Positions 1 through 14,100 of a stretch of DNA of 64,000 nt are shown here, piece after piece. The notes under the pieces are model-generated. The model did no database searches. It was not told the origin of the DNA and saw only the letters and a list, made by a program, of their open reading frames with translations. The stretch comes from Sphaerodactylus townsendi (taxonomy: Eukaryota), in assembly GCF_021028975.2 (NCBI RefSeq), contig NC_059430.1, positions 63,240,001-63,304,000 of the forward strand, written 5' to 3'. Both the position numbers and the translations under genes were made by a program. Positions within the stretch are counted from its first letter, which is position 1. Each line of letters begins with the position of its first letter.

Positions 1-713
1 GTCATATAACAAGGGGGGGCACCTTCTGTATTATTTATTTGTTGCTTGAAACTTACAGATGTTATCAGAATCAATTAAACACTGAAAATGTTGGGCATGA
101 GAGTGGTGCGCAGTGTTTTCAGATAGTGTGAGTTTTTTCCAGATATCCCAAACACTGTATATTGAGTGCACTAGAAGTGCAGCATCTCTATCCTGCTCCC
201 AACAAACATGCCTGCCCTTTCCAATCATTGCAGGATCATGTGCTTTAATCCTGTGATGTCAACAGACAATCAACAGTAGGTTAAGATTTATTAAGTTTAT
301 GCTTGTTTTGTTTCACAAAGAATGGAGGGGGGAAGTCAGATACTTTGGTGCTTGCCTGGAAATTACAAATATATGTAAGCTGGGCAAATAAATTATTTGA
401 CAAAGTCTTGCCAATTTGCAGATTGCCCTTCTACAACCAAGCTGTTCTTGTGTCCCATAGCTAAAACCTGTAAACTGGTTATAACTGAAAATCTGTAATC
501 ATGCTGAGTCAGTGCTGCAAAATTGTTGTAAAGTTGTCTTGAAGCATCTAACTGAAAATGCAATAAGATACAACAGTGATTTGTTCATGCCTGCTTCATG
601 CTAACAATTGCTAGTGGCTGAATAACATGGCTCTTATTTTTCTGAGCTGATTTGCCTAGAAGGATGTTGTCTTGATTTGAAAAGGGCCATTGAGGACAGG
701 GAAGGGCAGGATA

Positions 714-714
<1 letters not shown>

Positions 715-777
<63 letters not shown>

Positions 778-798
778 ACAAACAAACAAACAAACAAA
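715..798. repeat. Compound microsatellite (CAAG)n(CAAA)n
   Basis: Directly visible. It explains the low-complexity ORFs at 585-967. Confidence 0.97.
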
Positions 799-3215
799 TC
801 TTAGCTGCTTGGAAGATGGGTCTGCCACCCATTGAAAACCATTTGGTTGACCTGCCCTCCACAGACCAGCTTTTTCTGTGCAGTAAGAAAAAACTAAGTT
901 GGTCCACCCACAGATGTCCCACGGACTTCTTTTTTGTGCTATGAGGAATGGACCAATGCTTTTGCATTTTATGTGAATATCTTAATCTTTAAAGACAATT
1001 GCCTAAACATGCAGATATATGTTGGTGAGACTTATGCTATTAAGGGAGGAACAAAACAGCAAGATTATGTTTCATCTGAGTAGCTGAACTTTACTATGCA
1101 TGTCAAGGTGGCAAGTCTTAAATTTGTTAGAAAATCCCCCAAGGTGAAGTGTGTTAAATTATCCATGCAAAAAGCTTAATTAAAGCATGCAAGATCCACT
1201 GCTCTAGGCTAGCTAATTTACTAGACACTTGTGCAGCACAGTCCTAGGTTGATGACTGCTATACTACTATTAGCTAACATGATCTAATGGTCATCCTAGG
1301 CATTTCTGGTTGCAAGCTCCCAAACTCAAGCATAGTAGTAGAACATTTTCTGGGGGTAAAATGAGCATGAGCAGGTAAGTTTCCAGTAGCTGAAGCTCAA
1401 ACAATTGGAGCTGTTGTCTGATTAATCACAGAAAGACTGCACTGATTACAAATGCTTGAACTGTTCAGAATTTCTCATTTCCTCCTTCATTCAGTCTAAT
1501 TCTGTGCATATTTGGAAGGAAGTTCCATTAAATTCAGTGAGATTTCATTTCAAGTAATTGTGCATCTACCTTTTTGCCAATTTTTTTCTCTAAAAATCCA
1601 TGTGGCTCAGCAAGTTAAGGTTGCCATCAGAAAGACAAGCCCTGATCTACAATGCTGACTGCTAGAAACACAAACAGACCAGAAAGTGATTGTTTCCTAG
1701 TTATGACCCAAAGAGCTGTTGTGTAATTGTCAAGTTTCCTCACAATATTTCTAAGTTTGATAAGTCTTGTGGAGATTTATTTTCAGGTACAAATTAGTGA
1801 AGTTTAGCACCATCTCTAATTTCTGAATATAGCAGTTACTGGTAGTGTGAAAAAAGATTTTTCCTGACTGAGATGGAGGCCATGTAAATCGTTTGTTGTC
1901 CTTCTCCTTCCCTTTCTTAATCTCTCCCAGTTCTTCAAATATTTACTTTTATTTCATAGTGAGGATCCTTCTCCTACCATCCTTTCTGCTGGTGGTTGAG
2001 TTTTGCGTTGGCATAGTAGTTCCCAGCAAGCTCAGAGCCATACTGAAGACAAACAGGCTGGAATCTCTAACTCATGCACATTACCCTTTAAGTTATTATT
2101 ACTTCCTGGACATTGCAAAAAAGGATGGGATTTGCTTCTTCCCCTCCTGATATCCTTGCTACCATTCAAGTTCTCTGTCCTTCCATTGTCTTTTGCAGTT
2201 CTCAGCACCCACTGGATAAAGGGGAAAACGTGGGGAAAAGGATTGAAGGAACAAACCTACTTATGATCCATTATATATGTGAGCCCAAACCATGCAGGAA
2301 AAGATTAAATCAACAGATGCTAGAACTGGGGCCAGAAGTAACTAGCAAAGAAGCAGTGCATCTTGCCCTACAATTTTACCAAGTAATTTCAAAACACAAT
2401 GAGATAGAGGTGGCTGTCGGCCTAGCAGGAAACAAAAAAGGATGCTATAAAATTCTTCAAGATTAGTTCTACAATGATACTGAGCAATCTTTCATTGCAC
2501 TTCCCAGCAAACTACCTTCCATGAGTGGACCATTTGCTAGGGTAATAAACATTGCTAAGTTCTGCAACTGTCTAATACACTATAGATCTACAATGAGTCC
2601 ACACTAAGGGTGTGCACCGTTTGGGGGGATTGTTTTTTGGATTCAGGGTTATTGGACCTTAAAATTTTAAGAAAAGTTGGAAAAAGCTGAATACCCATAC
2701 TGGTAATTTTTTCAGCTTTTCACCCTGGGTATCCAAAAGTTTCGAATTTTATTGAAATCTATGGGAAATTGGTGTGGGGGGGGCACCAAATTGGCAACAC
2801 AGCTGCAAGTGACTCTCCTCAGAAGAACCTCCACATTTGATGAAGTTTTTTAAGGAAAGATGTGTACATCTATGCTGCAAATGTGTTGCCTCTTTCTTGA
2901 AAAACAGCCCCCCAGAGTTCTCCAAAATATCCCACAGACTTTGAAGGGCAAATGTGACACCCAAGCATCCATGGGAAAAAAATTCCAGCATTAACTTTGG
3001 TGGGGTTGACTGCAAAAATAAGGGTTTTTTTCATTATTTTTGCCTTGGGTTTATTGCATTTTGCATCCAACCATCACACAATTCTGCTATATAAACCACT
3101 GATGGCATGAGGTAAGATTGACTTTTATTGGTAAAACTGCATGGAAGGAAGATTAAATTATGATCCCAACTCAAACCAAGGTGTTGCACAGCTGCTGTTT
3201 CTTTTTACAAACAAA

Positions 3216-3356
3216 GGCCCCTTCTGCACACGCAAAATAATGCATTTTCAAACCACTCTCACAACTGTTTGCAAGTGAATTTTGCTATTCCGCACAGCTT
3301 CAAAGAGCACTGAAAGCAGCTTGAAAGTGCATTATTTTGCATGTGCAGAATGAGCC
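3216..3356. mobile_element. MITE, PIF/Harbinger-like
   Basis: ~38-bp imperfect TIRs (GGCCCCTTCTGCACACGCAAAATAATGCA / TGCATTATTTTGCATGTGCAGAATGAGCC), with AAA on both sides as a possible 3-bp TSD. Confidence 0.75.
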
Positions 3357-3369
3357 AAAGAACCAGTTA

Positions 3370-3565
3370 TGAAGTGCAGTGGTGAGCATCTACTTTGCGT
3401 ACAGACCCTTCCAGTTCAATCTAGTGCATCTCCAGTGAAACAGATCAGGTACTGATGAAGTGAATATCTGTACTTGAGCACCTGGAGAACTGATGCCACT
3501 CAGTGCAGATAACAGTAACTGTGATAGACTAATTGTATAACTCAGTAGGAAACAGCTTCAATTAT
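3370..3565 (+). mobile_element. Degenerate tRNA-derived SINE
   Basis: tRNA-like head (CAGTGGTGAGCATC...CAGTTCAATC). The body resembles the copies at 39483-39838 and 52545-52700. Confidence 0.6.
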
Positions 3566-5029
3566 GGTGCTATTATTTAAGAATGTTGTCTACTTATAAA
3601 ACCCCTAAGCCCTATAACAAAATGAGAGATTGAGAGTCTGAAAAATGATTAAGAAGCACTACCACTTGTTCCATGGAGAATTTTGCTTTATTTTAAATTG
3701 AAATTGTTGTTCTTTTTAGCAAAAGATGAAGCAGTGGTTGCCTATCTTGAATTGCTTATCATGCACTCTTCTCTTCTTCATTCATGTCTGCTTGAAGGCA
3801 GTTCCTGTGGTTGTTGTGACCATCCGAATTATTCTGTACTCTGGCAGTCTGCTCCATTGCCTTGATTGATGTCCTGGAAGCAGGACATGTGGTATGTTCT
3901 GAGTAGATCTGTGTATTTGTTTTGCATATTGGCAGGATTCCAATCTAACAAGACAGATCATGAAGGGGTGTTCTACATTCATATCATTTGGTCAAATCTC
4001 TTGCCTTTTATTATTTGTGTGGCATTCAGCACACTAAATGTGGCTATGTTCCAAGAAAGAGGATTTCAGCCAGCTGCACTTTCCTCTGTGTTTGCTGTTT
4101 GATCACACTGAGTTAGAATGGACAGCATCCATCTGGCCTAGTTAGCATATGGGCCCTCCATTTCTATTTTCTGTAATAGCACTCAGCCTCCTTGATAAGG
4201 AAGCAAAACAGAATAGTTTATGCCAAACACAAGTGTGGATTTGCTTTGGAATTCAAAGGGATAGAAAAAAAAGGATTAAGATGGTTTCAACAGGATCAAC
4301 TAATCCATACTGAAATATTCCAGATGCAAAGTTGTCATAACTGAGACAACCATTTCTTTTGGTCCTGGGGGAAGATGATGAAACTCTTCCTCAGCTGCTA
4401 TGATTAAGATAAGGAAAAGATGGCAAAAATACTGAAACAAAGAGTAGCCCTTAGGCTGGCATGTTTACTTGGAAGCAGAATAACTATTTCAATTCCTTTT
4501 TGATTTTGTCTGTTGTGGAGATTTTTGTTTTGTCAATATTGACTGCTTATGTTTTCAACTGATTTTTGTCTCTTCTAGTAACGGAATCATTTATATGCCT
4601 TCAGTGCAAAATAATATTACAGTTGTGTTAGAAAAATTGGGAAAAATCATCATGAAGATACAAAAATAAATAAAGTTTATAAATAAAGTTTTGCAGGTTC
4701 AATTTGCTCAAGACAAGGTCAAGTCACAGTTATGAGCTTCCAAAATTCATCATATGCTTGTTTGGAAGTTGTTCACTCATTTCAATGGAACTTATTTCAA
4801 AGTATATGGGTTTAGGATAGCAACTAAGATCACAAATAAACAGGATCCTGGTGTCACCTTTAACTAAACTATGTTTTATTCGAACATCAGCTTTTGTGGA
4901 CTAGAGCTCACTTCTTCAAAGGCAATACATGGATCATGGACATAATTTCAAGCTTTCAGAGACCTGAAGCAAATGACAAAATATCTCTCAGTTTCTATCA
5001 CATTTAATATGACAAAAAAATCTTGTTCA

Positions 5030-5110
5030 TTGATATTTATTTATTTTATTTATTTATTGGATTGTATAGGCCACCTCTCCCCTAAAGGGCTCGAGGTGGC
5101 TCACAGTCAT
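5030..5110 (-). mobile_element. L2-type LINE 3' tail fragment
   Basis: (TTTA)n tail followed by a sequence resembling the L2 3' ends at 28380-28445 and 32201-32270. Confidence 0.55.
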
Positions 5111-5602
5111 AACTATACTCAATAACAGTTACATAAAAACATAAAAACAGTTACATAAAAACTCAATAACAGTTACATAAAAACATATGATATGGCAAGC
5201 TCTTTACAGCCAGATACATTATATATGTATATGGTGTCAAGACTTCATATCACCAATATTTCCTATAACATACTAAATCAGTAGAAACAAATGAAATCAA
5301 CATTTCATTATTACATTCGGTGTCAGAACATAAAAGTGCTCCATATATTCCTGTGGCCAATTAAAACATGGCATGCTTACCTCAAGGCTCCTCACTGCAC
5401 AGTAGGCTTGTAGTGGGTTATTCTGCAATTTCTCTGTTTACATATGAGGAGGCAGCCCACAGCCTGCAGTGCAGTTTGTCTCCTGAACTCTGCTGGGCTT
5501 CTGCTTCTCCTGAATCTCTGCACTCCACCCATCAACAGCCTTAAAGACACAGATCTCATCACACTCATTAGACCCAAGACTAGAGCTGATATTTTCTCTT
5601 CT

Positions 5603-5803
5603 NNNNNNNNNNNNNNNNNNNNNNNNNNNNNNNNNNNNNNNNNNNNNNNNNNNNNNNNNNNNNNNNNNNNNNNNNNNNNNNNNNNNNNNNNNNNNNNNNN
5701 NNNNNNNNNNNNNNNNNNNNNNNNNNNNNNNNNNNNNNNNNNNNNNNNNNNNNNNNNNNNNNNNNNNNNNNNNNNNNNNNNNNNNNNNNNNNNNNNNNNN
5801 NNN
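5603..5803. other. Assembly gap (~200 N)
   Basis: Run of N. Confidence 0.99.
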
Positions 5804-6246
5804 NTAGAGGCTGGTTGGAAATAAAGTTTTAAAGCCCTCCCAATCATCAGGAAGGGTGGAAGTAGAGTGAGAGAGGTGGGATGGAGCCCAAAAGACCTTT
5901 GCAAAAGTCAACTCTCTTATTATTATACTGATATTTCATTAGGAGCATTTAGGGAAGCAGGAAGGAGCCAGCAACATGGAAGTAGGTGGATGAGGGGTGA
6001 GAGGGCAAGGCAGAAGGTGTTGACAGCAGTACAGAGGAGTGAAAAGGCTAGGTGTGGGCAGGAAGAACATGTCTGGGGCAAAGCTGTGCTCACTGGCAAA
6101 TCTCCCAATTTGTCAGCTAAGCAAATGAAAAGTTGTTCTAGAAGTGGTGTTGCTTGCAATGCAGAGAATAGAAAGTGAAAGCGGGACTCCAGAAGATAAG
6201 TCCATAAAGAAATCTTGCTGTGACAGACATTCATCCTCATCACACA

Positions 6247-6785
6247 CAGGAGTGTACCTGCCAGAGGGACATGTAGGATCACATGTCCCCGGGTGCCACC
6301 CATTTGATCACATGGGGGCACAAAATTGTACCCCTCGCATGATCAAGCTGTGGTCAAGGAACGGGAGCCTGCACATGTCCCTCTGGCAGGTATGGATGCA
6401 GGAAGCCCCTCAAGCAAGCCAGGCACAGCCTCTGGTGGAGGTGGGGGGCTGGCCAGGCAGCAGCTAGCGTGGGTTGGCACCCTTTGACTTGAGGGGTGCC
6501 TGGCAAGCCAAGGGCAGGCTCCTGGCTCTACATTGGTTGCTTCCAGCCCCTCCAACTTTATCAGAGGCTGTACCTGGTGGGCCCACAGCTGACTCCCGAC
6601 CCAGCACCTACTGCCACCCCCACCTCCATCAGATATCACACTCCTTGACTTGAAGCAGGCGCAGCCTCCGATAGAGGTAGGGGGTGACTTCTGGGAGGCC
6701 GTAAATGGGGCCAGATGGGGGCACAGGGGTGAGGTGCAAAAATAAGGTCTTGCCCCAGGTGCCAGTTTCTGCCAGTATGCCTCTG
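6247..6785. mobile_element. Non-autonomous hAT-type element
   Basis: Termini CAGGAGTGTAC...GTATGCCTCTG, with an 8-bp TSD ATCACACA/ATCACGCA. The ends are related to the element at 16390-16926. Confidence 0.7.
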
Positions 6786-7626
6786 ATCACGCACCAGACA
6801 TCTTGTGCATAATTGGCCTGTGAGTTAGGCACTCCAAGGGTATTTCCTTTCTCTCTGTAGCAGAGAATGGGTTGAGATTATTCATTTGCAAGTGCATTTT
6901 AAAGCTCTCCAAATATTTAGCTTGATTTCCCCAGCATTAAAATATCATGTATATTGCTTTTGCTTTCTGAATATTAGCAGAACATCCACATACCCCTTGC
7001 AGATTCACTGCTGCATCTGTCCACTCAACTTTCTCTTCTATAAGGAAGCAAAAAGACTTACCAGAGTATCTATGAATTCCCATTTCTCCTTGTGGGGGTA
7101 GGGGTAGGAGAGTTGTCTGAAAGACTGAGATGGAGGGAGAGCGGGAGGAAGGAGCCCTCCCCATGATGATCATCTGTCAAAAAGCATGCATCAATACTGT
7201 CTGATTGTTGTATTGATCCACTAATAATATGGGTGTAGATTGAAATTAATAACACAGATAATTCTTCAATATGTAATTACAACAATTCCCCCAGAGCCGT
7301 TTTCATTTCCCATATCTGTAGTTGGCTTTTAAAAAAATAAATCCTCCATCGATGTTCTCCAACATCTCAATTTCCATGATGGAGCATATCACATAGAACT
7401 AGGCTAGAGCAGATAGCTAGGTATATCCTCTACACTGTCATAAATAAAACATGGTGCTTGGAAGAAAGAGTGGTCAATGTCTTCTTACAGACTCAGAATC
7501 ATCATTAAAATATCATGTATATTGCTTTTTCTTTCTGAATATTAGCAGGACATCCACATACCCCATGCAAATTCCACATTCTGATTCTTGTACTCATTTT
7601 GATGTTTAGGCTCGAGCTCTGCATCA

Positions 7627-7882
7627 GGTGACATGATAGTCAAGCGGTGACATGATAGTCATGTTTAGATATTTGAAGGGATGACATGTTGATGAGGGAG
7701 CAAGCTTGTTTTTTGGGGCTCCAGAGACTAGGACCAGAAGTAATGGGTTCAAGGCGAAGGAAAAAAGATTCCACCTAAACATCAGGAAAAACTTCTTGAC
7801 AGTAAGGGTTGTTCAACAGTGGAATGCACTGCCTCGGAGTGTGGTGGAGTCTTCTTCTTTGGTCATCTGTCAGAAGTGCTTT
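7627..7882 (+). mobile_element. CR1 LINE 3' fragment
   Basis: Encodes RTRSNGFK..RFHLNIRKNFLTVRVVQQWNALP, the CR1 ORF2 C-terminus. Confidence 0.85.
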
Positions 7883-7889
7883 GATTATA

Positions 7890-8862
7890 ACACCACTGAT
7901 TTTTTTTAACGTTGAGACTGGAGTAAGACAAGGTTTCACCCTCTCACCATTTTTCTTACATCTTGTTGTGGACTTACTTGGTCATGAAGAAAGTGATGAA
8001 TGGAATGAACATTGGCATTCAGTGGAAAGATCAATCTTGGCTCACTGACCTAGACTTTGCCAATGACATTGCCCTGCTGGCTGACACCAAGGAATGCCTC
8101 CAGAACACGTCTACTAGCCTGGAAAGGGAGGCTGAGAAGATTGGTCTCAGAATCAGTGGTGACAAGACAAAGGTTATGCAGATTGGAAATGCCCCCATGA
8201 ACGTACTGTTTTTAGTCAACCAACAACGTATTGAAGAAGTAGAATGATTTACTTACCTTGGCCTGTGATGAAAATGTCAAAGTTGGTGTGAATTTTAGAA
8301 TTGGCAAAGCATCAGCAGTGTTCCAGAGGATGCGCCAAATCTGGTCAACATCTACTATCAGTACTAGGATGAAAATATGACTGTTCAGCACCATTATCGT
8401 ACCAACTGCAATTTACACCATTAAAACATGGAAGACCACTGCAAGAATAATTCAAAAGTTGAACATGTTCCAGCAGCAGTGCCTTTGCAAGATTCTTGGA
8501 GTCACTTACCATGACGACATTACAAATGAGGAAATTCTGCACCGAAGTGGTATACGGAGGCTGCAGAATATTGTGACAGAGCGACGACTGCATCTTGCTG
8601 GGGACATCCTATGCCTACCAGAGGGGCTCATCCTATGCCTACCAGGTCACTGTTACCCAAAAACTGCAATGCAATGGGTATCATCTGGAGGAAAGCAAAA
8701 GTGAGGTAGACCACAGAAGTCATGGTGCCAGACCTTCAAAGAAGATCTAAATGAGACTCGCATCTCATGGGACGAAGTTGAACCCATCACAGCCGACCAA
8801 AAATTATTGGAGAATGCTTGTTGACCAATGTGGCCAGTTGCACAGTCTAAGATCTAAGTCTA
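7890..8862 (+). mobile_element. RTE-clade LINE, 5'-truncated and degenerate
   Basis: RT motifs VETGVRQG..LSP, DLDFANDIALLA and GLRISGDKTKVM, plus C-terminal FQQQCLCKILGV..ITNEEIL. Ends in an (AGTCTA)-like tail. Confidence 0.85.
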
Positions 8863-10048
8863 AGGAGGGTCCTTCAAGAAAAGCTCACTTCTCACATTGT
8901 CATATGAGAACTGCTTTGCCCCTTCCTGTACCTTCATATAGAGAACACAATGATCCTGCAGGCATAAGAATGCCAAAAACATTTGCTTCAACCATTTTTT
9001 TGGATATTTGAGGATTTTTGAGGATACAATGCATTAGCTACACACTTTACCCACTGCTTTATGTTTTCCTGGATATTCCTCTCCTTCCTACCTGATTTCT
9101 ATATCAATGTGGAATTAGCTGGCTGCTTTGAGTCATTGACTAGCTCATCATAATAGTTTTCTCTCACTTAAGGCAGGCATTGCATATCATCAAGATCAGT
9201 ATTCCAACCTGAATAAATTGAGCAAAATGCTAACATCAAGGTGACTGACCATTAGGACATGATAACATTCTTGACCAAGTGTGCTCTGCTTCTCCTACAA
9301 AGCTTTTGGGACATAAGCAGGGATCTCCTCCAAAAAAGCTGACAGTTCACAGAGAAAGGGCACATTTTCAGTGACTTCTGAAACAACTGGAGTGCTGAAA
9401 TAAAAGACTTCACATAACACCTTAAAATACAATGCATGAAGCATGGCAAATGAGTACACTTTTATCAAAATAATTCTTTTGTGAATGTGCCTCATTCACC
9501 TACCTCACCTTCGCACAGCTAGCATCACCAATGTAGTATTTGTGCATTTCAAAGGCACTACACACCTTCAACACATGTAAGGTTCTTCCATTCAATGTGG
9601 AGTGTGAGTTTAAATGTGGATGTAATGATAATTCTGACTTTATTCCTCAGTGGGAATGCTCTGAGAACTGTGCTAAGGAGCATTCAAGCTTGGAGATCCA
9701 GGAGCTTTTATGTGGTGTATTTTCCACTCATAACAAGAGCATGAGATAATGCCCAGGAGGACAATTCTTACATTCCCGCTTCATCTAAAGGAAAGCTTAT
9801 TAAGACTATTTTAAGTCTCTTTAGTTGATTGAGAACATCACAAACCAATATCTGTCCTCAAATGCACATCTAGATCCTTCTACCAAATCCAAAGATAACA
9901 GTAGCACAGCCAGTAGGGGCACTGGCTTCAATAGTTTTGAATTTGCAAAGCAGGCTATTCATGTGAAGAAACATTCAAAACTGGACCTCACCTGCTGCAG
10001 TTTGAAATGTTGCTATCCATTTCTCAGTTCTTTATAGCCTCATTCTTC

Positions 10049-11110
10049 ATTTCATTTAATTTCATTTCAACCTTTATTGGCATGAATTTAGGAATACAAC
10101 TGGAGTTGAGGAGAATCAGATTAAGGTTAAAATGGATAAGTTCAGACGTTATCAACAATTAAAACATAAATAAATAAATGTGCTAAAATCTGTGACGAGT
10201 CTGTTGTGCCAGTGTAACCTCAGCTTGTGGGTTATGTGGGGCAGAACGTGGAATGAGTTTGCAACAACAAATTTTTAAAAACAAAATGGTTTACTTTCTT
10301 AACACATAACATCAACATTTAACATCACATTTCAAGGTCCTGTTCAGGTTGCATTTTCAAATCCTTATATTTACAGTCTACTGATACTGCCAAGTCCAAT
10401 TCTTCTTTGCAAATGGGTTGGCTCCTGAAGACTCCAAGGGCTTCATGAACAGGATTCAACATGATGACGGTTTCCAGGAGAACTCTCACCCATTACAACC
10501 ACAAAAGAAACCCTGAAACAATGAACTCCAACATTTACAACATAGCAAAAATAAACAACTACCTTCCCAGTAGTTCCCAACAATATTGCAGTTACCTTAA
10601 CAAGGTGTTAAGGGCTTATACAACCAAGGTCCGAGTCTGGTAGCCTTGTCTCCTCCAACTACATGAGGTCTGCTGCAGCCTCTTGCTGCTCTGAGTCTCC
10701 ACCCCTTACTGGGTCAACCCATTCTGAGCATGGGGGTTACACCAGCGCCAGAAATTTGGCAATGTCTAGAGATCTCTGAGGATGTTGGTCACAAAGCAGG
10801 TAAAAAGACTTAACTTTGTCTGGTGAAAAAGCATAGTTCTCAATGTGGGGATCTATATATTGTCTTTTATTAAATCAGGAGCATACTAGTTGCTTAATCC
10901 AGGAGAACGCATTGCTCAATTGTCCTCAGCTCAGCTTTTTGTGCAATAGAGACACGTTCTTTGGCTGGTATGGTATTCCGAAGAAATCTGCCACTTAGAG
11001 CCTGCTTTGAGGTAGTGCATTCAAATCAGCTTAGCATTAGGGTATGTCTGAGGTATTCCAAAGCAGCTAAGATATATTTAATAACAAAGTACCACGGTAG
11101 GCCCTTTTGC
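10049..11110 (-). mobile_element. Degenerate non-LTR retrotransposon 3' portion (clade uncertain), interrupted by a solo LTR
   Basis: On the minus strand there is AATAAA plus a (TGAAA)n-like tail at 10049-10080, and a decayed LINE C-terminal-like coding remnant near 10950-11080. Confidence 0.4.
10213..10741. mobile_element. Solo LTR (Gypsy or ERV1 type)
   Basis: Starts TGTAACC and ends GGTTACA (7-bp inverted termini, TG...CA), with an exact 4-bp TSD CCAG on both sides; 529 bp. Confidence 0.85.
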
Positions 11111-11119
11111 TACTGGGAA

Positions 11120-14100
11120 AGAAAAAGAAATCCAAAAAAACCCTCGATGGTAGAATCTTATAAATCACTATATTGGCAGAGAGAAAACAGTTTGCTGTGC
11201 TATTTCAAGGCGTCTAGTAAACTTCTAGCTTACAGAAGAGGTTTTAACCTATTTGGCGCTTCATCTGGCATGTTTAGGAAAAAGAGTATCCCTAGCCTTG
11301 AAAAATTGAAGCCTAACGAGTTGATTTTAAGGCGGACTCTGATCAAAAGGCTCCCATGTAGAAAGGCATTAAAGAATCTGCAAAGCATCTCGGTCTAAGG
11401 TTAGGCTGTCTTTTTCTGATCGGAAATGGAGAGCCTCATTGGAGGGCTTTTCTCAAAGCCACAGCTTTTAAAACAGTGTATTTTAACAGGGGTTATCTCT
11501 TTTTCTCCTTGTAAGGCTCCTGTGAGCTAAGGCTGCTGAATCTGGAAGGTGGGGCTTAACAGGGGTTAACAGAGTTCATCTCTTGTTCCTCTTGTCCTGA
11601 GAGGTGGGGCTTTTTGTCCTGAGAGGTGGGGCTTTAGTTGAGTCTCTGGAACCAGCGGCGCGCGCCTAACGGCGGGCGCAATTTAAATTTAATTTTTTAA
11701 TTTTTTGTTTTTTAAATTAATAAGGACATATTTGACAGACAGTACGTGCAGATAGCTCCAGGGGGGCAGTGACTAAAAGCTTAATATTTAAATATCTAAA
11801 CAAATCAGATATGAAGGCAGAAAGCCAGCAGGGGGATGGGGGCTTTCCAGTGTTTTGCACTGAGTGTCACATGTATGACTATCTGCCACTAGGACAGAAG
11901 TCGTGGGTGTGCCCTTGCTGCAATGAGGCTCTCTGGCACTCAAGCGAACGCAGGTCTTTGCGTTCTCTTGAAGCTCCACAGGAGTGGCTTGGGAGACCTG
12001 GTAGGAAACTGAAAAGAGGCAGAGAGGGTGACAGATTTCCAGGCTTTTCCTTGGGACCTAACAGCCGGGTCCCACTTCTAGGCAGACATCTCTTCAGATG
12101 TCAGCGGAGAATGAAGGTCTTTAGGATGGGAGGGTGCCAATTCACAAGGTGAGAGGAAGATGATCCCTTAGATGGGATCCTTCCTTAACTGGTGATCAGG
12201 CTATCCTCTTCGCACTGAGGATACACACCTCAGGGAAGTGGGGGGACTCACTTTGTAGTGAGGCTACAGATTTGATTCATTAGAAATGTAGAGAGTTGGG
12301 TTTGTGAGTACGCAAGTGATGACCGCGATGGTGACTTTGCCACCATTCTGCCTGAGTGCAGAAGGTTTCTGCATGGATGTGCACGCTTCGCTTCTAGATA
12401 GGCTTTTAAGCACAGTGCTGGGGTGCAGATCCAGCAGGATTGTGGTCCACATTGGCACCAAACATCCGAGAGAAATGTTGCTTTGGGAGGTTCTGGAAGG
12501 CTAAATTTAGGCTGCTGAGGAAACAGAGCTTGAAGTCCAGGACCTCCAAGAGTGGCATTCTCAGAAATGCTACACCGGATTCCACTGACGCAGAGCTGGC
12601 TGGACTAGGCAAGCGGAGATACAAGGTCTCAACAAGCGTGGATAGAGAGAGTCAGGCAGAGGGTTTCAGATTTGTCAGGAACTGGGGAACTCTTTTTTGA
12701 GGATAAGCGGTGCAGGCCTGTACAAAATGGGATGGGCTTCATCCTTAACCAAAGAGGAAACCATATCAAGGCTGCTAAAATCACCACATTAAAAAGGTGG
12801 CAGAACAAAGCTTTTAAACTGATCACTGGGGAAAGCCGACAGGAGCTAGGGAGGTAGACTTCTGGTTGCAGAATACAGTATCTATGGAGGATGCAGACAG
12901 AGAGGGAGGTTTTTTTTTTCTAAATCAACCACATACGCTAAGCAGAGGAACACCATAAGCAATGCAGCACGTGACAAGTGGGATAGGTGTCTAAAAAAAG
13001 ACTTGAGGGTAAAGCAATATAAATCCCAGAAGTTAAGGACAGAGACAGGGTATACAGGTGTCTCTATGCTTCAATAAGTAGAAGCATTCTACCCTTAAAA
13101 TGGGGGGAGCTAGAGTACAGAGGATTTTGAAGGAGGACTTTGATATAGTGGGCATTACAGAGACATGGTGGAATGGGGAGTAACCAGTGGGGATGCTGTT
13201 ATCACCAGGCTACAGGCTCTATAGGAAAGGAATAGGACAGAGGCGCCATTGGGGATGGAGCTGCTCTTTACATCAAAGAGAGCATAGTATCACATAAAAT
13301 AGACAAATGCGGAGGGGCTGGTTCCCCTACAGGAATCACTGTGGAATATCAATACCAGGTGTGAAGGACAGTTTAATATTAGGAATATATTATCGTCCCC
13401 CAACTGACCAAAAGTGCACAAGAGGATTCTGAGATGAAAAAAAAGAAATTATGGAGAGTGCCAACAAAAACAAAAATGTAGTGGTAATGGGTGCATTTTA
13501 ACCATTCTCCCCACTTGGCGAAGCTACTGAAAAAATGCATGTTCAGGTCATCGTAAGGAGAGTATATCCCTGGATATGCTAAACGACTGTGGCTTAGGAG
13601 CAGATGGCTGGAAGCAACCAGGGGAGAGGTGACCCTAGGCGATTCACCGTGCAATCCAGCACCTGGTGCAGGCAGTCAGCGTTTTGGTGCCTACAGGGAA
13701 CAGCCACCACAATGCTGTCAGATTCAGTATGACCGCATGCGACCAAAGGCACCCACTAACGCAGTTACATTCGTCTTCAGAAAGGGAAATTTCTCAAAGA
13801 TGAGGGGCATGACAAAGCGCAGGAAGCTGAAAGGGAAAATCAAGAGAGTCAAAACTGTCCAGGATGCTTGGAGTGCCGGCCTAAAACACAGTAATAAAAG
13901 CTCAGCTTTCGAACGTGCCCCACAGGTTGTGAAAAGGCAGCACCCAGTCCAAAACAAAGTCACCATGGCACAAGAGAGGTTGAGGTACCATCGCGAAAAA
14001 AGAAAAAAATGTCTTTTTTTTAGAAAATGAAAGTCCAGTTTGGCTGATGAAGAATATGAGAGTAAACCAAAATAGTGGCAAAAGAGAAGCAAGTTAGCTG

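Noticed and set aside
585-967. ORFs with LACL/KQAS repeats
   Set aside because: These are translations of the (CAAG)n(CAAA)n microsatellite.
5392-5911. Long ORFs spanning X runs
   Set aside because: They are open only because of the N gap.
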